A stretch of DNA of 56,492 nucleotides from a virus (Duplodnaviria; Caudoviricetes), in the IMG/VR virus record IMGVR_UViG_3300023284_000467, positions 1-56,492 of that record; one strand, written 5' to 3'. A model generated the notes under the pieces. It was given only the letters and a program-made list of their open reading frames with translations. It made no database searches and had not been told where the DNA came from. Position 1 is the stretch's first letter, and the number at the start of each line of letters is the position of its first letter. The translations under genes were made by a program, and so were the position numbers. Shown piece by piece: positions 27,101-37,361 of this stretch.

Positions 27101-27988
27101 CTGAGCGCCGCTGTCTACGCTATCAGTTACCCAATCGGTCGGAACCGTAAACGTGATCGCATCAGTATCCGCAAGCACGGCATTTCCAAATCCTCCACCA
27201 GTAGCGGTTGCATCTGATACACCCGCCAGGGTTCCCCATACACCTCCGCCCTGGCTGTACTCATACGCGGTTACACCACCAACTCCTTGAACCCCGCCAA
27301 GCCTATCGCAAATAATCTTGCTGAACTTCAAGGAAAAACCAAGATAAAACGCATCATTAGCAGCCGAAGTCGCCGGAAAGCAGATGATATCTCCATCACC
27401 CACGCTGTTGCTGGAAGCTGTCTGGTCCACAAATCCAGCCGGAGAGGCATCTTCTTGCTCAGCTTGGGCAACCGCATCTCCGTTGGCCGCAGCTCCAATC
27501 GAATAGCTTTCAGTACCGTTATCGAATTCATCACCAGTCGAGAGAGGGTCAACCGGCCGAATAAAGATCAGATTACGGTCTGTGTTGAAGTCCAGGATCG
27601 TGCCGGTATCAGTGGTCGTTGCACCCAGAATCGTCCGCCCAATATCAGCATCGTTAAACTCGGTAGTCTGAGCGTAACCGATCACCAGAATATGCTCAGT
27701 CGTTCCATCAATCCACTTATCGCTGAACAGTGATCCACCTGTAAGGTGTTCAACGGTCGTGTCATCAATGAACCACTGGTTGATAAACCTATAAATATCA
27801 GGCGTATCAGCTCTGATCGGCACCAGATCATCCATCTGGGACGGATCATCGAACAGCTTTTGAAGCTCAGAATACAGCTCATTCATAGTTCTGGTCCCTG
27901 TCGAGGAGCCAGTCCAGACAACCCGTTTCTGGTTATTCTCAGCAGCGTAGAAAATCGTGAAATCACCGCCCAAAATTGTGCTTGACAT
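24104..27988 (-). CDS. Large virion protein with three copies of an about 140-aa beta module
   Basis: Repeated EY..G..W..L...D.T...P.DW...LY.VR.R motif; G/T/D-rich. Confidence 0.7.
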   Translation of the reverse strand: MSSTILGGDFTIFYAAENNQKRVVWTGSSTGTRTMNELYSELQKLFDDPSQMDDLVPIRADTPDIYRFINQWFIDDTTVEHLTGGSLFSDKWIDGTTEHILVIGYAQTTEFNDADIGRTILGATTTDTGTILDFNTDRNLIFIRPVDPLSTGDEFDNGTESYSIGAAANGDAVAQAEQEDASPAGFVDQTASSNSVGDGDIICFPATSAANDAFYLGFSLKFSKIICDRLGGVQGVGGVTAYEYSQGGGVWGTLAGVSDATATGGGFGNAVLADTDAITFTVPTDWVTDSVDSGAQLYWVRFRVTTIYSTEPTMSQIFMSGVGAGAFADHNRHGAASRGGESAWVGITTIGTVETDTHNYISQEDPDLINEENLVVATKGTADWWNDGQLDILVKVKEADSVFGPLPNSSPVTAVATVFARQYSKTYSHFIATGLATAGGNTVVPLSTGDDLDNTTGTRNLVWDNGDTGTTLVDEELLYVVGAVGAGNMDAVVQDNGGVFSDDTTDANSTATGDVNVYEDPAAASDALYFGKDNIFRLLMIDVGTVHNGTTSTQVWEYFDGTTWQTLTVTDDTDGGNGAFDTLGRGLITFTPPSDWARTNITNQPATAPTNLYYVRIRLSVVGNLTTEPILDTCWVGGELQLKARVADTAIITPAGATGNADYYLIGDPVADLVDNDVVVALTTSAGSRKNFDVAGGPTNVGPSSDTDITFAHGQFTRDINENGTADPYSIDLSNASSKTMALAYERAKYLARRAETATASTDGQEGRFYIGSELQIEYTGQAGGNFAEGRRVYDQTTDAVGVIVADHDDGATGDLIVRSVRGTFGTNVVSDSPDPTQVMDTDSFVFQVDASPLGVVDESADALSAGVGDVLPFPATEATGDYFIMAAKKPFARITLDNTGGIQGVGGVGAWEYWDGAAWVDLETAPGFSDGTSDFTNAVGAVNVDFYPPVDWQTRGISDGTVQSSQALYMVRFRVTTVYSTNPTYDTIGIQDFVTATIASVRTVAPITSAPFGTFPGASKFFMAPGLAPTPAEMAAGEAQAYSTIDDNGVTRNPPNKQTVELTNLISGDTVSIMRRTALVINKTQFTLAAGNNKGDTTVVVDASIPSDNPSIASTKIRIISSSGEEHRYRYASFSSATFTLDAAKTGTADGGNSSNTRLHDTTGTFTTAPAIEVGDYVRNITQDEFVRVTVVVSATELDTEQLSGVSEWDGDSYNINTLVENYGLDSAFVPLIERVADATSETTTITYSTDIDIRADVRRTAATSILPFTQDSSVISTGRSIAAIRTTDTIIT

Positions 27989-28040
27989 CGTTAGTCTCCT
28001 TTTCGAATCTGTTTATTGTATCCCCAATCACCCTATTTGT

Positions 28041-30599
28041 CTACGAACTATTAACAGTGTCTACTATCATGGTAACTGTCGTCGTTAAGCCGCCAGACGT
28101 AATCGTCTGAGGCGAATTGACCGGCAAATACTGAGTCTGTGCGCCGATAAATCCCTGATCGTACACCGGATTGGTCGTGTACACTGTGGTGATACGTGCG
28201 CGAATATAATACAAATTCTCTGAGCCGTTCAAAATCATGCGGCTCCAATCAGTCGGAATCGTATAGTCTAGCGTCTGCCCATCAGCTACAGCAGCCGTAA
28301 ATCCACTCGTGCCATCAGTTACTTCCGTCAGCACGGACCAAGCAGTTCCATTCCAGTATTCCCAGACTACAACACCACCTGAACCAGCCGTACCATTCGC
28401 GTTATCAAAAACAACCTTACCGAAGGGATCGCTGTTCCCGATCGCCACATAATCACCAACCTCCTCGCTGGTTGGAAACACTGTCCAGTTAGCATCTGTA
28501 GCATCATTCGCTTCATCGGTCTGATCATCAAACGTTGCCGGACCTGTTACGTCAACCTGCCATACCTGCCCAAAAGTCGGACTATTCGCTTCCGGTCCAG
28601 ATCCTTTTCGAACTCGCACACTGACGGCAGTGTCAGAGACGAATGCAAACGATTCAGTTGCTATGCCATTAGCAAGCGTAGCCCTATTCATCAGTTGTGC
28701 GCCAGTATCGTCCCGAAAGATGCCAACAAACGCATTTCGGACAGCTACGCCAGCTACGTCTTTCACAGTCACCTGGAGCGTTACAGTATTCTGAACAACA
28801 ACAGTCGAGCTGTTTACGTTGTCAATCGTCGGCGTGTCACCACCCTCCAGGACATTGATCGTTACAGTATCACCGCTACCAAAATCGACACGAACATCAT
28901 TCGTGTTGTTTGAAAACTTAATGTTTCGGAAATTGTACGTGACGTTTCCGCTGCCCTTGAGCAGAATGCCCTTCAAGCAATTCTGTACAGTCAGATCTCG
29001 GACTGTATCTGTAGTCGGATCAGCACCGCCTAAATCGATAGCTGCGTGTTTAGTGGCAACGACGCTGTCGGTGATAACGCACTTCTTGAGAAAAGCACCA
29101 TTCCGAACGCGAATCGATCCCATCTGACTGAAAACACAACGGATAGCCTCGATACTAGACACTTCCAGTCGTACATCCCCAGCCATTTTCACTGATCCTT
29201 CATCAGCAGACGGTGTCGTGCCAGCAGAGGTAAACGACGAAATCCTAAAACGAATCCAGTATTGTGTCCTACTGTTGACAGCTCGCGTCACCCAATCATC
29301 GGGGATTGAATACGTGACCGCCTGTACACCTAGAGTCGACAGATCACTCGTTCCATCCGTGACATCAGTCAGAGACGACCAACCCGCAGCCGTCGAATAT
29401 TCCCATGTCCCCGTCCACACTCCACCCTTCGCGGTTCCAAGATCAATGGTTATTTCGTAGAATCGTTCGAGGTTCCCGAAATAACAAGCATCATTTACCG
29501 CCTCTGTACCGGGCATCATTGGCGTGTCAGTTGCGCCAGGGTCGTTAAAATCTGTCGTGTCATCCGTGAATGACGGAGCCGAATTATCTTCAACGACAAA
29601 ATCGCGAACAAAATCATCATAGAGAGCAGCAGGGCCAATGAAATTACAGCCCATAAAATCAACGTCGATATTTGCATCAAGACAGTCAAAACGGAAGGGA
29701 ACAGCACCAGCCGATAAGAAAGTGTTTCCTCCACTACCTTCCTTTGTTGGACCGCTACCACTTGGAGTTCCAAAATTAGCGAGAGTGGTTTGTCCTGAGT
29801 TGCCGACGAAAGCAACCTTATAAAAAGTTCCGGCTACACTCTGCGCTTCAAAAACCCAAGTCTCTCCTGCGTCCTCAAAGAAACTGTCTGCCGCCGCTGT
29901 ATTGCCGATTATCAATCCAGTGAGCAGATAAAAAACTCCGACTACATTTTTGAAACAACCGTAGGCAGTACCGGATGCCTCATCTGCCGTGGCGATCTCC
30001 GTAGAGTTCCCCCTGGCCCCTGTCGTGCCGCCAGTAACAGTAATGATACCGCCATCGATTGCCGTATGCTTTATAATGTCGAGAAAAAATGTGGATTGAC
30101 CAGACCCGGAAAGCATATCGCCGCCGAATCCAATACTGTCATAGCTAGTAACCGCTTTTACTCCGGACGGAATTGTACCCGATTCAAAATCAAATGGACG
30201 ACGGGTATCGATACAGACAATTCCGAAACCCTTAATAAAGACGCGCCGAGTGTCACCACCGCCAACCGACCATTCGCCAAAGTTCGTATCGCTGCTAAGA
30301 TTATCATCAGCAATACGAATCCGATAGCCGTCGTTTACTTCGGTGTTAAATTGGTCGAGGGTTAAAAACCAGACGTAGATATGACGGTACTCGCTATTGA
30401 AATTGTTACCGGAATTAAAATAGCCAGCGGCGCCGACACCTGCGGCCTTGGCTTGGTACTTGTTTGAGTTTGAGCCTTCGATAAAAAACGTAGAATCAAG
30501 CGCGCCAGTTGTGCCAAGAACGGTGTTATCGGCAGCCTGGTCCGTTGCGGATTCTGCATCCTCTATAGTGGTATGATCGTCGGCCAGGGTTACAGCCAT
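28041..30599 (-). CDS. Virion protein with two copies of the same module
   Basis: WEYSTAAGW...PDDW...YWIRFR and WEYWNGTAW...PTDW...LYYIRAR. Confidence 0.7.
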   Translation of the reverse strand: MAVTLADDHTTIEDAESATDQAADNTVLGTTGALDSTFFIEGSNSNKYQAKAAGVGAAGYFNSGNNFNSEYRHIYVWFLTLDQFNTEVNDGYRIRIADDNLSSDTNFGEWSVGGGDTRRVFIKGFGIVCIDTRRPFDFESGTIPSGVKAVTSYDSIGFGGDMLSGSGQSTFFLDIIKHTAIDGGIITVTGGTTGARGNSTEIATADEASGTAYGCFKNVVGVFYLLTGLIIGNTAAADSFFEDAGETWVFEAQSVAGTFYKVAFVGNSGQTTLANFGTPSGSGPTKEGSGGNTFLSAGAVPFRFDCLDANIDVDFMGCNFIGPAALYDDFVRDFVVEDNSAPSFTDDTTDFNDPGATDTPMMPGTEAVNDACYFGNLERFYEITIDLGTAKGGVWTGTWEYSTAAGWSSLTDVTDGTSDLSTLGVQAVTYSIPDDWVTRAVNSRTQYWIRFRISSFTSAGTTPSADEGSVKMAGDVRLEVSSIEAIRCVFSQMGSIRVRNGAFLKKCVITDSVVATKHAAIDLGGADPTTDTVRDLTVQNCLKGILLKGSGNVTYNFRNIKFSNNTNDVRVDFGSGDTVTINVLEGGDTPTIDNVNSSTVVVQNTVTLQVTVKDVAGVAVRNAFVGIFRDDTGAQLMNRATLANGIATESFAFVSDTAVSVRVRKGSGPEANSPTFGQVWQVDVTGPATFDDQTDEANDATDANWTVFPTSEEVGDYVAIGNSDPFGKVVFDNANGTAGSGGVVVWEYWNGTAWSVLTEVTDGTSGFTAAVADGQTLDYTIPTDWSRMILNGSENLYYIRARITTVYTTNPVYDQGFIGAQTQYLPVNSPQTITSGGLTTTVTMIVDTVNSS

Positions 30600-30617
30600 C
30601 AGTCGTTTCCATTTCTC

Positions 30618-30818
30618 CTATCCAACGTTCAGCAGCAACTTCCTTGCCGACCCACCAGGCCCTAACCCAGCAAACGGTATACCACTATAGCAGTCGAGAG
30701 CATGTTGCTTATCGTCACCGTCTACAGATCCGTCAGCTTCGAAAAGAGTAACCGAATTGGACCCCGCTGAGTCCATGCTCATCATGGACATTCTTTTGTG
30801 TCTCGTATCAACAGCCAT
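30618..30818 (-). CDS. Small virion-associated protein
   Basis: TAATG coupling. Confidence 0.6.
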   Translation of the reverse strand: MAVDTRHKRMSMMSMDSAGSNSVTLFEADGSVDGDDKQHALDCYSGIPFAGLGPGGSARKLLLNVG

Positions 30819-31723
30819 TATGGACCTGTCTCAATCTCCTGCTTGATAGCAGTAGTCGCATCATCGGATACGGTTGCCTTAGCATCCACAGTCGTTTCGT
30901 TATCAGCCATAAGCTGCCAAAGGGTAGCAGTCTGCGTTTTACGGTTACGCAGAACCTTGTACAGCCAGCCGAGTATTTGCCGCGTGGTCGGTGCCAACGG
31001 AGGTGCCTCTTGCCCTGGAAGCGTTACAGTGTCTACGTTCGCCACGTCGAGGACTTCCGTATTAATGCTAGCTTTCTGCGTGGCACCGAAATCAATATTG
31101 TCTTGAGTTTCAACGTTTACATCGAGTCTGGAACCACTGACTGTAGCAGCCACATCAACATGGTGAGTCAGATTTACGTCAGGTACTCCCGTTACCGCAG
31201 GCGCAGGGATCACTCCGTCGCCTTGATGCGTTACGTTCACATCTGGAACACCTGTAATGGCAGGTACTGGGATCGCCCCGCCACCTTGATGAGTAACATC
31301 CACTTCCGGTACTCCGGCCACTGTCGGGGTAGCAGCCGCCGTCCCGAGCCAAGATCCAACATCAACTCGCCCGCTGGCATCGAATCCCGTTGCCGCTGCG
31401 CCGTAAATTGCATCATAAACCGCTTCCTCTATAACCCACCAACGAATCCAAATCGGCAAAGCATTTGCGGGTTGGTGAACATTTAAAATTAACTCTCCCA
31501 CAGTAGCGGTATCGGTTGCATCCAACGTGGTGTTATACCAACCGTCACTATCATGGGTTGCATTACCCGTCGCATTTTTTTGAGCAAAGGCTCCACCGTC
31601 TTTTGAAAGACGCATATCTGCCTGGGCAAGAGTGAGTGCGGTTTCTTCTGTTACTCCATCAGCAATATCAAGCATTGGCCCAAATAAAATCACCTGCGAA
31701 GTGCTTTGTCTCAAAAAAGGCAT
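30818..31723 (-). CDS. Virion protein with 21-aa P.V.GVP.V..TH repeats
   Basis: LRQST...GP.....DG...ETALT...LSKDGG...GWY; three tandem repeats. Confidence 0.65.
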   Translation of the reverse strand: MPFLRQSTSQVILFGPMLDIADGVTEETALTLAQADMRLSKDGGAFAQKNATGNATHDSDGWYNTTLDATDTATVGELILNVHQPANALPIWIRWWVIEEAVYDAIYGAAATGFDASGRVDVGSWLGTAAATPTVAGVPEVDVTHQGGGAIPVPAITGVPDVNVTHQGDGVIPAPAVTGVPDVNLTHHVDVAATVSGSRLDVNVETQDNIDFGATQKASINTEVLDVANVDTVTLPGQEAPPLAPTTRQILGWLYKVLRNRKTQTATLWQLMADNETTVDAKATVSDDATTAIKQEIETGP

Positions 31724-31732
31724 CAGTTCTCC

Positions 31733-32918
31733 TTACATAACCGCCTGTCGTCGATGGCGATACGATTGCACTATTGGGATAATTGCACCACCCAAATCGC
31801 CCGCCTCAAAAACATCCCATTCTTTAGTCGCCTGTTCACAGAAAAGTCCACACCGTAAATTCCCAGTAAGATCCGTATCCGTCGTGGTTACTCGGGACAC
31901 TGCATCCCAAAACACCTCCAAGTTAGATCCGTCAGCCTCTAATCTTATCAACTGACCAGTGGTATCGCCCCCCCCCAGTAGCCGCACTGTTTAATACTGA
32001 GGTGCCAGGATTTCTTTTTATTATCTCCCAGAGGTTGCCTGAATTATTGTGCATTCCTCCATATACAGAAGTGGAAAACGCCTGCCTGCAACCAGTCCCA
32101 ACTCTTGCCGCTGTTCCTTGATCGTTCCACACCAGAGCCTCGGAATAATGATCGTCGGTAGCTAAATTAGTAGTTGCTTGTGCGGCGTTTATACCTCCTC
32201 CTGTCGAACGCGCTCGATTGGTAACGATGTCTATATCGCCGTCTTGTTCGGTCCATGATAAGTCTGGTCCCAGTATATCGCTATCACCCGTATTGAAACT
32301 TTCATTAATAACCGTGGCAGGATTCAAGAAACCGTCTTTCCTATATGGAAATGGCAGGATCGCGCTTGAATTTTCGCCTAACCGAAAGTTTCTCAGAACA
32401 CCACCAGTATATTTGCGAAGCGCAATAAATTGGGCATCAGCCTCTTTCACCGGAAGTCTATCAATTTCAACCTTATGTTTTCGATAATCGACTTGAAACA
32501 CCTCACGGACGTTTCTGAAAACCTGATGCGCCAAATCAAACCGTTCTTTCCAAATCATCCCGCCCAGATAAATCGGTATTCCTTTTTTGAATCCTCCACG
32601 TAAAGGCTTCCATCTCTTCTGACCAGTAGGGTCGCCATGTGAGATTAATAATTCGGCAATCACTTCTCTTAGACTAGTCGATTCAACCGCATTATTAGGA
32701 AGACCGAGGAATGAACTTACGCGGGATCTCGTTTGCTTCATCGCGCTGGCCAGATCATCTCCCAACTCAAGACCATCTGGAATCGTTTGTCTGCTTGAGA
32801 ATACAGCAAAACCAAACCCATCTTCCCGCCCACAGCGTAAATCGATACACCCAGTCGCTCCAGGTACAGCCCAAAAATTCCCCATCCAAGTCCACGGAGT
32901 CAAATAATAAAAAGGCAT
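31733..32918 (-). CDS. Tail-associated protein interrupted by a frameshift in a G9 tract
   Basis: ORFs 31932..32918 and 31733..31987 join as SAATGGG-DTTGQLIRLEADGS if G9 (31968..31976) is read as G8, giving 394 aa. Confidence 0.7.
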
Positions 32919-33632
32919 TTAATCTTCTTCAGTATAACTCACGGCAACGCTAACGGTTATCGCCCCGCTCAAATTCAATGTGAGATCGGTGTTCGCCGTT
33001 CCTTCCCAAAGCATCGTCCCGTTGTTCGGAGTTGTGACACCTTCACGATCCTGAAATTTCCATAGCGGACTTTTCTGCGTACCAGCCGCGCCATCTGTGA
33101 ACTTGGAGTTCACTGTGCCGTGCGCCTGCAATTCATACGAGAACACCCGCAGTTTCTTAGCCGATACAGCAGCAATAATCTGATTGTCCCCGCTGGTCGA
33201 TACTTCCTTAGCTTCTCGTTTCGTAATTAACTGTCCCACGGATGACCCTCCTGTTCCGGCGGCTTGGACGACGTTGGTTCCATCGGCATAAAGGATCGAA
33301 GTATCCCCATTGACCAAAGCAATGCCGTTGCCTGACGGATGTTTGACCGTGATTGTAAAACCGCCCGTGGCCGTGTGATCGACCACATAAAACTTTTTAT
33401 TTGTTGCAGGGACAATCAGATCAATGTTTGCCGTTTGCGTTCCGGTCATTCTGAAAAATGCGTTGTCCAAAGCCTCCGCATCAGTCAACGTTATGTCTAC
33501 TCCCGCAACAGTCTTTGATAAAAGATCCGTTACCGCCCCATCTATCTTATCAAAAGCGGCGTTAGCAGTAACCTCCTTCTGCGATTGTGAGGAAACTATA
33601 TGAGCGATTTCGAGGTTCGGACTTGTAGCCAT
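32919..33632 (-). CDS. Tail fibre or adaptor with DUF2793-like N-terminus
   Basis: SPNLEIAHIVSSQSQKEVTANAAFDKID directly after the tail tip gene. Confidence 0.65.
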   Translation of the reverse strand: MATSPNLEIAHIVSSQSQKEVTANAAFDKIDGAVTDLLSKTVAGVDITLTDAEALDNAFFRMTGTQTANIDLIVPATNKKFYVVDHTATGGFTITVKHPSGNGIALVNGDTSILYADGTNVVQAAGTGGSSVGQLITKREAKEVSTSGDNQIIAAVSAKKLRVFSYELQAHGTVNSKFTDGAAGTQKSPLWKFQDREGVTTPNNGTMLWEGTANTDLTLNLSGAITVSVAVSYTEED

Positions 33633-33635
33633 AAT

Positions 33636-36600
33636 TTATCCCGTGAAATCTGTTTCAAACCCCCTGCCAACATCGGCACTGATCTGGAATATCTTAACAT
33701 GAACCGAGGATTGAGGGGAACCGAAATCCGTTGTCTGTTGAGCCGAAGTGTAAACTACCGATTCGCTGGTGCTTGTTAAGATTCGCAAGACAGTCCCGTT
33801 GTCAAATACGTCGATGGAATAGGATTCAGTGTCTTCGCCCAAGGGAACGTCAACCAGATCCCTCCACTCTGGACCAATGCGGCCGCGCCTGATCCAGGCA
33901 AAAGTAATATCATCCGTCGCTGGAACATTTCTTGTAGCCGTGACATGAACAACGCTTAAAGGTTTGAGACTCGCACCCGTGTCTGTAAAGGCAATCTGAT
34001 CGGCATCTACAAGCCTCAATCCAATAGTTGGCGCTTTGAAAGTGCGAGCAACATTGATTTCAGTTAATGCATTCGGTACTCGTTCGACAGAAGTGCCTTG
34101 CAATAAAACAAAACAATCATTCGTTATATGGGTGCCAATGTGTTGCTCGGTCCCTCGTCGCGCTCTCAAGAAACCCGACAAATCATAATCACCATCGCCG
34201 GTCAAAGTAGCCGTCTTGAATTGCAAGATTTCTTTTCCGATAACGCAAGCATTCGACCCGTTCAAGACTTGCAACTCTGTTGCGCTACTCAATACCCCAC
34301 CGACTAGACGGACAGTAACCGTGCTAACTTCATCGAATATGGTTGTCAGCCCAGAAGCTAAAACTGTTGTGGCATGACCAAGCGGCGTCGTGTTTACAAC
34401 TGGTGTTATCTCAACGAAAGACTCACCCCCATCAGGTGATCGAAACAATATACATCCAGGCCAATTCGCGGTATAGCCTCTAGCAGCCATATAGAAGCCC
34501 GCTCCATCGTCTGAATCTCTCAACAGAGGAAGATCAAGCAATATAGCTCGCGTTGAACCGATAAGAGCTGGCGGAGTTTCTGTCGGATCTGCCACACCAC
34601 CTGTAGCGACTGAAACAAACGCCGCTGCCGATTCATCAACTCCCCGTACACTCAAAACCCCAGGCTCACCAAAAGCCGTTTCTCCAATACGAATCACAAA
34701 AGTAGCTGAAGCGGTGGTGACAGTTATAACATCAGCTGGGTCTAGGAAAAGATAACGCCGCGACAATTTGATTTCTCTCAAGTGCCGAGTCAACCATGAC
34801 TCGTAGAGCAAAACGTCTGCGATCTGTCGCGCCTCATTGTCTGTCATCGAAATCGCAAGCTCAATCGAGTTTACTAGATCAGATTTTGTTATCAGTCGCG
34901 TCGCTCGTTGCATCCCCTGTTGATGATCTGACCCACTGTTCGCGTAGCCGACTTCTACGGATCTGGGCAATTCTTTCTCGTTAGTTCGTCTCGATGTAAC
35001 TAAATCTGGAATCTCTGCGCTCGGCTCTCGCGCTGAGAGTTGAGTTTCAGGAATCGTCTCAATGGAAGACCCGCCACGTTTCACGAATTTGATTTTACCA
35101 TCTGACTCTACACCATCGAAGCTGAAAGCAATTTGCAACGGCGAGAGGGCTTGTCTTGAGGTCGCTTCCCTTGCCACGGAATAACCGCCTACGTTGGTCG
35201 ATGCAAGTGCAGTTACATCTATATCAGAAGCTGTGAGGCCCGCATTTACGCAGAGATTTGAAACGATAGTGGACAGCGTGATCGGCGTGCTACTCAGATC
35301 CTTCGTGACAAAATTTATTGTGCCAAGAACTGTCGGTGGTGAATCACCGCCCCAGATAACGAGAGAACCCGAAAGGTGAAACATTTTATTGAGAGCCTGA
35401 TTAGCCTGCAAAGCTGTCACTGAAAAATCAGCGTCATTTATAATCTCGGTAGTGATTGCGGTGTTAGCTGTGTTGTCAATCTCTATTTTAAAGACGCTTA
35501 ATTTAGTCGCTGAAACTCCTTGTGTTACATAAATGAGGGTATCGCTTTTCACGTCCATGTTACCAAGTGCCGAAGCACTCACAGCCGAGATATCAATAGT
35601 CGCATCGGTCGCAAGATCAGTTTTTCTCACTCGGAACAGTCGACCACCAGATCCTTTATCCAAGATCCAAAACCAATTTGCCGAGATTCCAATATCAACT
35701 GCATTGCCATTCGCCGCACCTGTTCCAATGCGACTACCTTCAGACGTGTATTGTTGGATGGCCGATCCAAAAAGAAAGATTGCGTCGCCGCCTCTTTGGG
35801 CAAACACAAAAGCATCAGCAACGCCAGAAAACTTAGTCCAAGTCTGAGTGTCCCAATGCCCAACCCAACTCTCTGTTCCGCTGCCATAGCCGAGCATAAA
35901 TCCGTGGTGATCCATGTGACTTTTAAATGGCATACGTGCGTCGGCGGCGGGCGATGTTGTCCCTGCCGGTTTTGTCCCCGGCAATGGTGGAATCTTCGAT
36001 ATATCAACAAGGGTTGATCCGATCAGTCGCATCATCTTAAATGTGGTTGACGTATAGAATCCACCAATCATAGGGTCTTCCATCAAGCAAACCACTTCGC
36101 CGTTCCCATCGAGGAATGGGCCTTGAATCCGCTCGTAAGTAACTCCGTCACTAATTGGTACGGTGATTGATGCAATCTCCGAAGTTGTTTCTGTCCCGGC
36201 AAAAACTACCTCAAAGGAAAAATTCGGAATCCTGTTACCGAAATTCGCCAGTTGAAAATCATCAAAGACCACATAACACAGGCCACGATATGCTGGCACG
36301 TTGCCCACTCCCTTGTCAGCTTCGATCAACGGCTCAGGCTTTGCTGTTTGCGTGCCAGGATAGATTTTCATTGCCCCGAGACTACCCGGAGTTAAACCAA
36401 AAAGGGCTTCTTTAATTGCTGCTTCCTGATCTATTTCTACACTGAGTTGAATTTGGCTGGCGAGTTGTTCATCAACAGTTGCATCATCGGCAGAATCATA
36501 AATCAATTTCGTATCGCCCCAAACTTTACGAATACCAATGATCGGCCCTTCGCAAATACCAACAGCACAATCGATTGAATTAGTATAGGTGACGGTTGTT

Positions 36601-36923
36601 TGTGAGGATTGACCGCCCTTGCCGCCAGTATTCACTTTCGCTTCTCTTCTTGTCTCTTTAATCGGTGGCGCCCAAATAACATTTCCAGCAAGTCGAACCG
36701 TACCAAACACTAAGGCAACAGGAAGACCATAGGCCGATGATTGAACATCAAGGTCGCGCAAACGTGGCCCTTCAACCACTGGCCCTTTTTCTGGAAACAC
36801 AGCCGCACCAACGCCACCACCAACTAAAAAACCGAGCTGTGCGCCTAACATTGGCTGACCAAAAGGCAATCCAATAATTGCGCCGACTACGCCGCCAAAC
36901 ACCGCAAGTCCTGTTCTAGCCAT
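33636..36923 (-). CDS. GTA-like tail tip (host-specificity) protein
   Basis: EGPRL.DL.VQSSAYG, VPAYRGLCYVVF, FGNRIPNFSFEV, LRARRGTE, WIRRGR. Confidence 0.88.
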   Translation of the reverse strand: MARTGLAVFGGVVGAIIGLPFGQPMLGAQLGFLVGGGVGAAVFPEKGPVVEGPRLRDLDVQSSAYGLPVALVFGTVRLAGNVIWAPPIKETRREAKVNTGGKGGQSSQTTVTYTNSIDCAVGICEGPIIGIRKVWGDTKLIYDSADDATVDEQLASQIQLSVEIDQEAAIKEALFGLTPGSLGAMKIYPGTQTAKPEPLIEADKGVGNVPAYRGLCYVVFDDFQLANFGNRIPNFSFEVVFAGTETTSEIASITVPISDGVTYERIQGPFLDGNGEVVCLMEDPMIGGFYTSTTFKMMRLIGSTLVDISKIPPLPGTKPAGTTSPAADARMPFKSHMDHHGFMLGYGSGTESWVGHWDTQTWTKFSGVADAFVFAQRGGDAIFLFGSAIQQYTSEGSRIGTGAANGNAVDIGISANWFWILDKGSGGRLFRVRKTDLATDATIDISAVSASALGNMDVKSDTLIYVTQGVSATKLSVFKIEIDNTANTAITTEIINDADFSVTALQANQALNKMFHLSGSLVIWGGDSPPTVLGTINFVTKDLSSTPITLSTIVSNLCVNAGLTASDIDVTALASTNVGGYSVAREATSRQALSPLQIAFSFDGVESDGKIKFVKRGGSSIETIPETQLSAREPSAEIPDLVTSRRTNEKELPRSVEVGYANSGSDHQQGMQRATRLITKSDLVNSIELAISMTDNEARQIADVLLYESWLTRHLREIKLSRRYLFLDPADVITVTTASATFVIRIGETAFGEPGVLSVRGVDESAAAFVSVATGGVADPTETPPALIGSTRAILLDLPLLRDSDDGAGFYMAARGYTANWPGCILFRSPDGGESFVEITPVVNTTPLGHATTVLASGLTTIFDEVSTVTVRLVGGVLSSATELQVLNGSNACVIGKEILQFKTATLTGDGDYDLSGFLRARRGTEQHIGTHITNDCFVLLQGTSVERVPNALTEINVARTFKAPTIGLRLVDADQIAFTDTGASLKPLSVVHVTATRNVPATDDITFAWIRRGRIGPEWRDLVDVPLGEDTESYSIDVFDNGTVLRILTSTSESVVYTSAQQTTDFGSPQSSVHVKIFQISADVGRGFETDFTG

Positions 36924-37359
36924 CGCTCAAGCCTTTATATCGATATACACCAACGATACGCTGCCGCCACATATTACTTAGTCTATGCTCGACGCAGCGA
37001 CCCATCTGCTCCTCTCTTTTTCTTGGCGCAATTCTTTCATTTATGTGAATGATCGTATCGTCTTCTGTCAGCAAGGCGAGATGTTGAGGAAGAGAGAATC
37101 TTAAATATAAAATATCCCCTGGCTTCATCTCTTTTGGATCGACCGTTATCATCTGCTCATCGAGTAATTGTTTCATCATGCCTGGCAACGGGTCACGGTT
37201 ATATGTCTGATAATCCCAGTCGGTAAGATTGAGCGCATGGGCCACACCGATAATTAAGCCGACGCAATCGGCTCCCCTGCCTTTGATCCGTCCTTGATGG
37301 TGAAACGGAGTATCAATCCAAGTCCGCGCTTCTTTAATTACATCTTTAACCGTCGCCAT
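36916..37359 (-). CDS. NlpC/P60 tail peptidase
   Basis: ARTWIDTPFHHQGR...DCVGL, QHLAL. Confidence 0.92.
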   Translation of the reverse strand: MATVKDVIKEARTWIDTPFHHQGRIKGRGADCVGLIIGVAHALNLTDWDYQTYNRDPLPGMMKQLLDEQMITVDPKEMKPGDILYLRFSLPQHLALLTEDDTIIHINERIAPRKREEQMGRCVEHRLSNMWRQRIVGVYRYKGLSDG

Positions 37360-37361
37360 CT

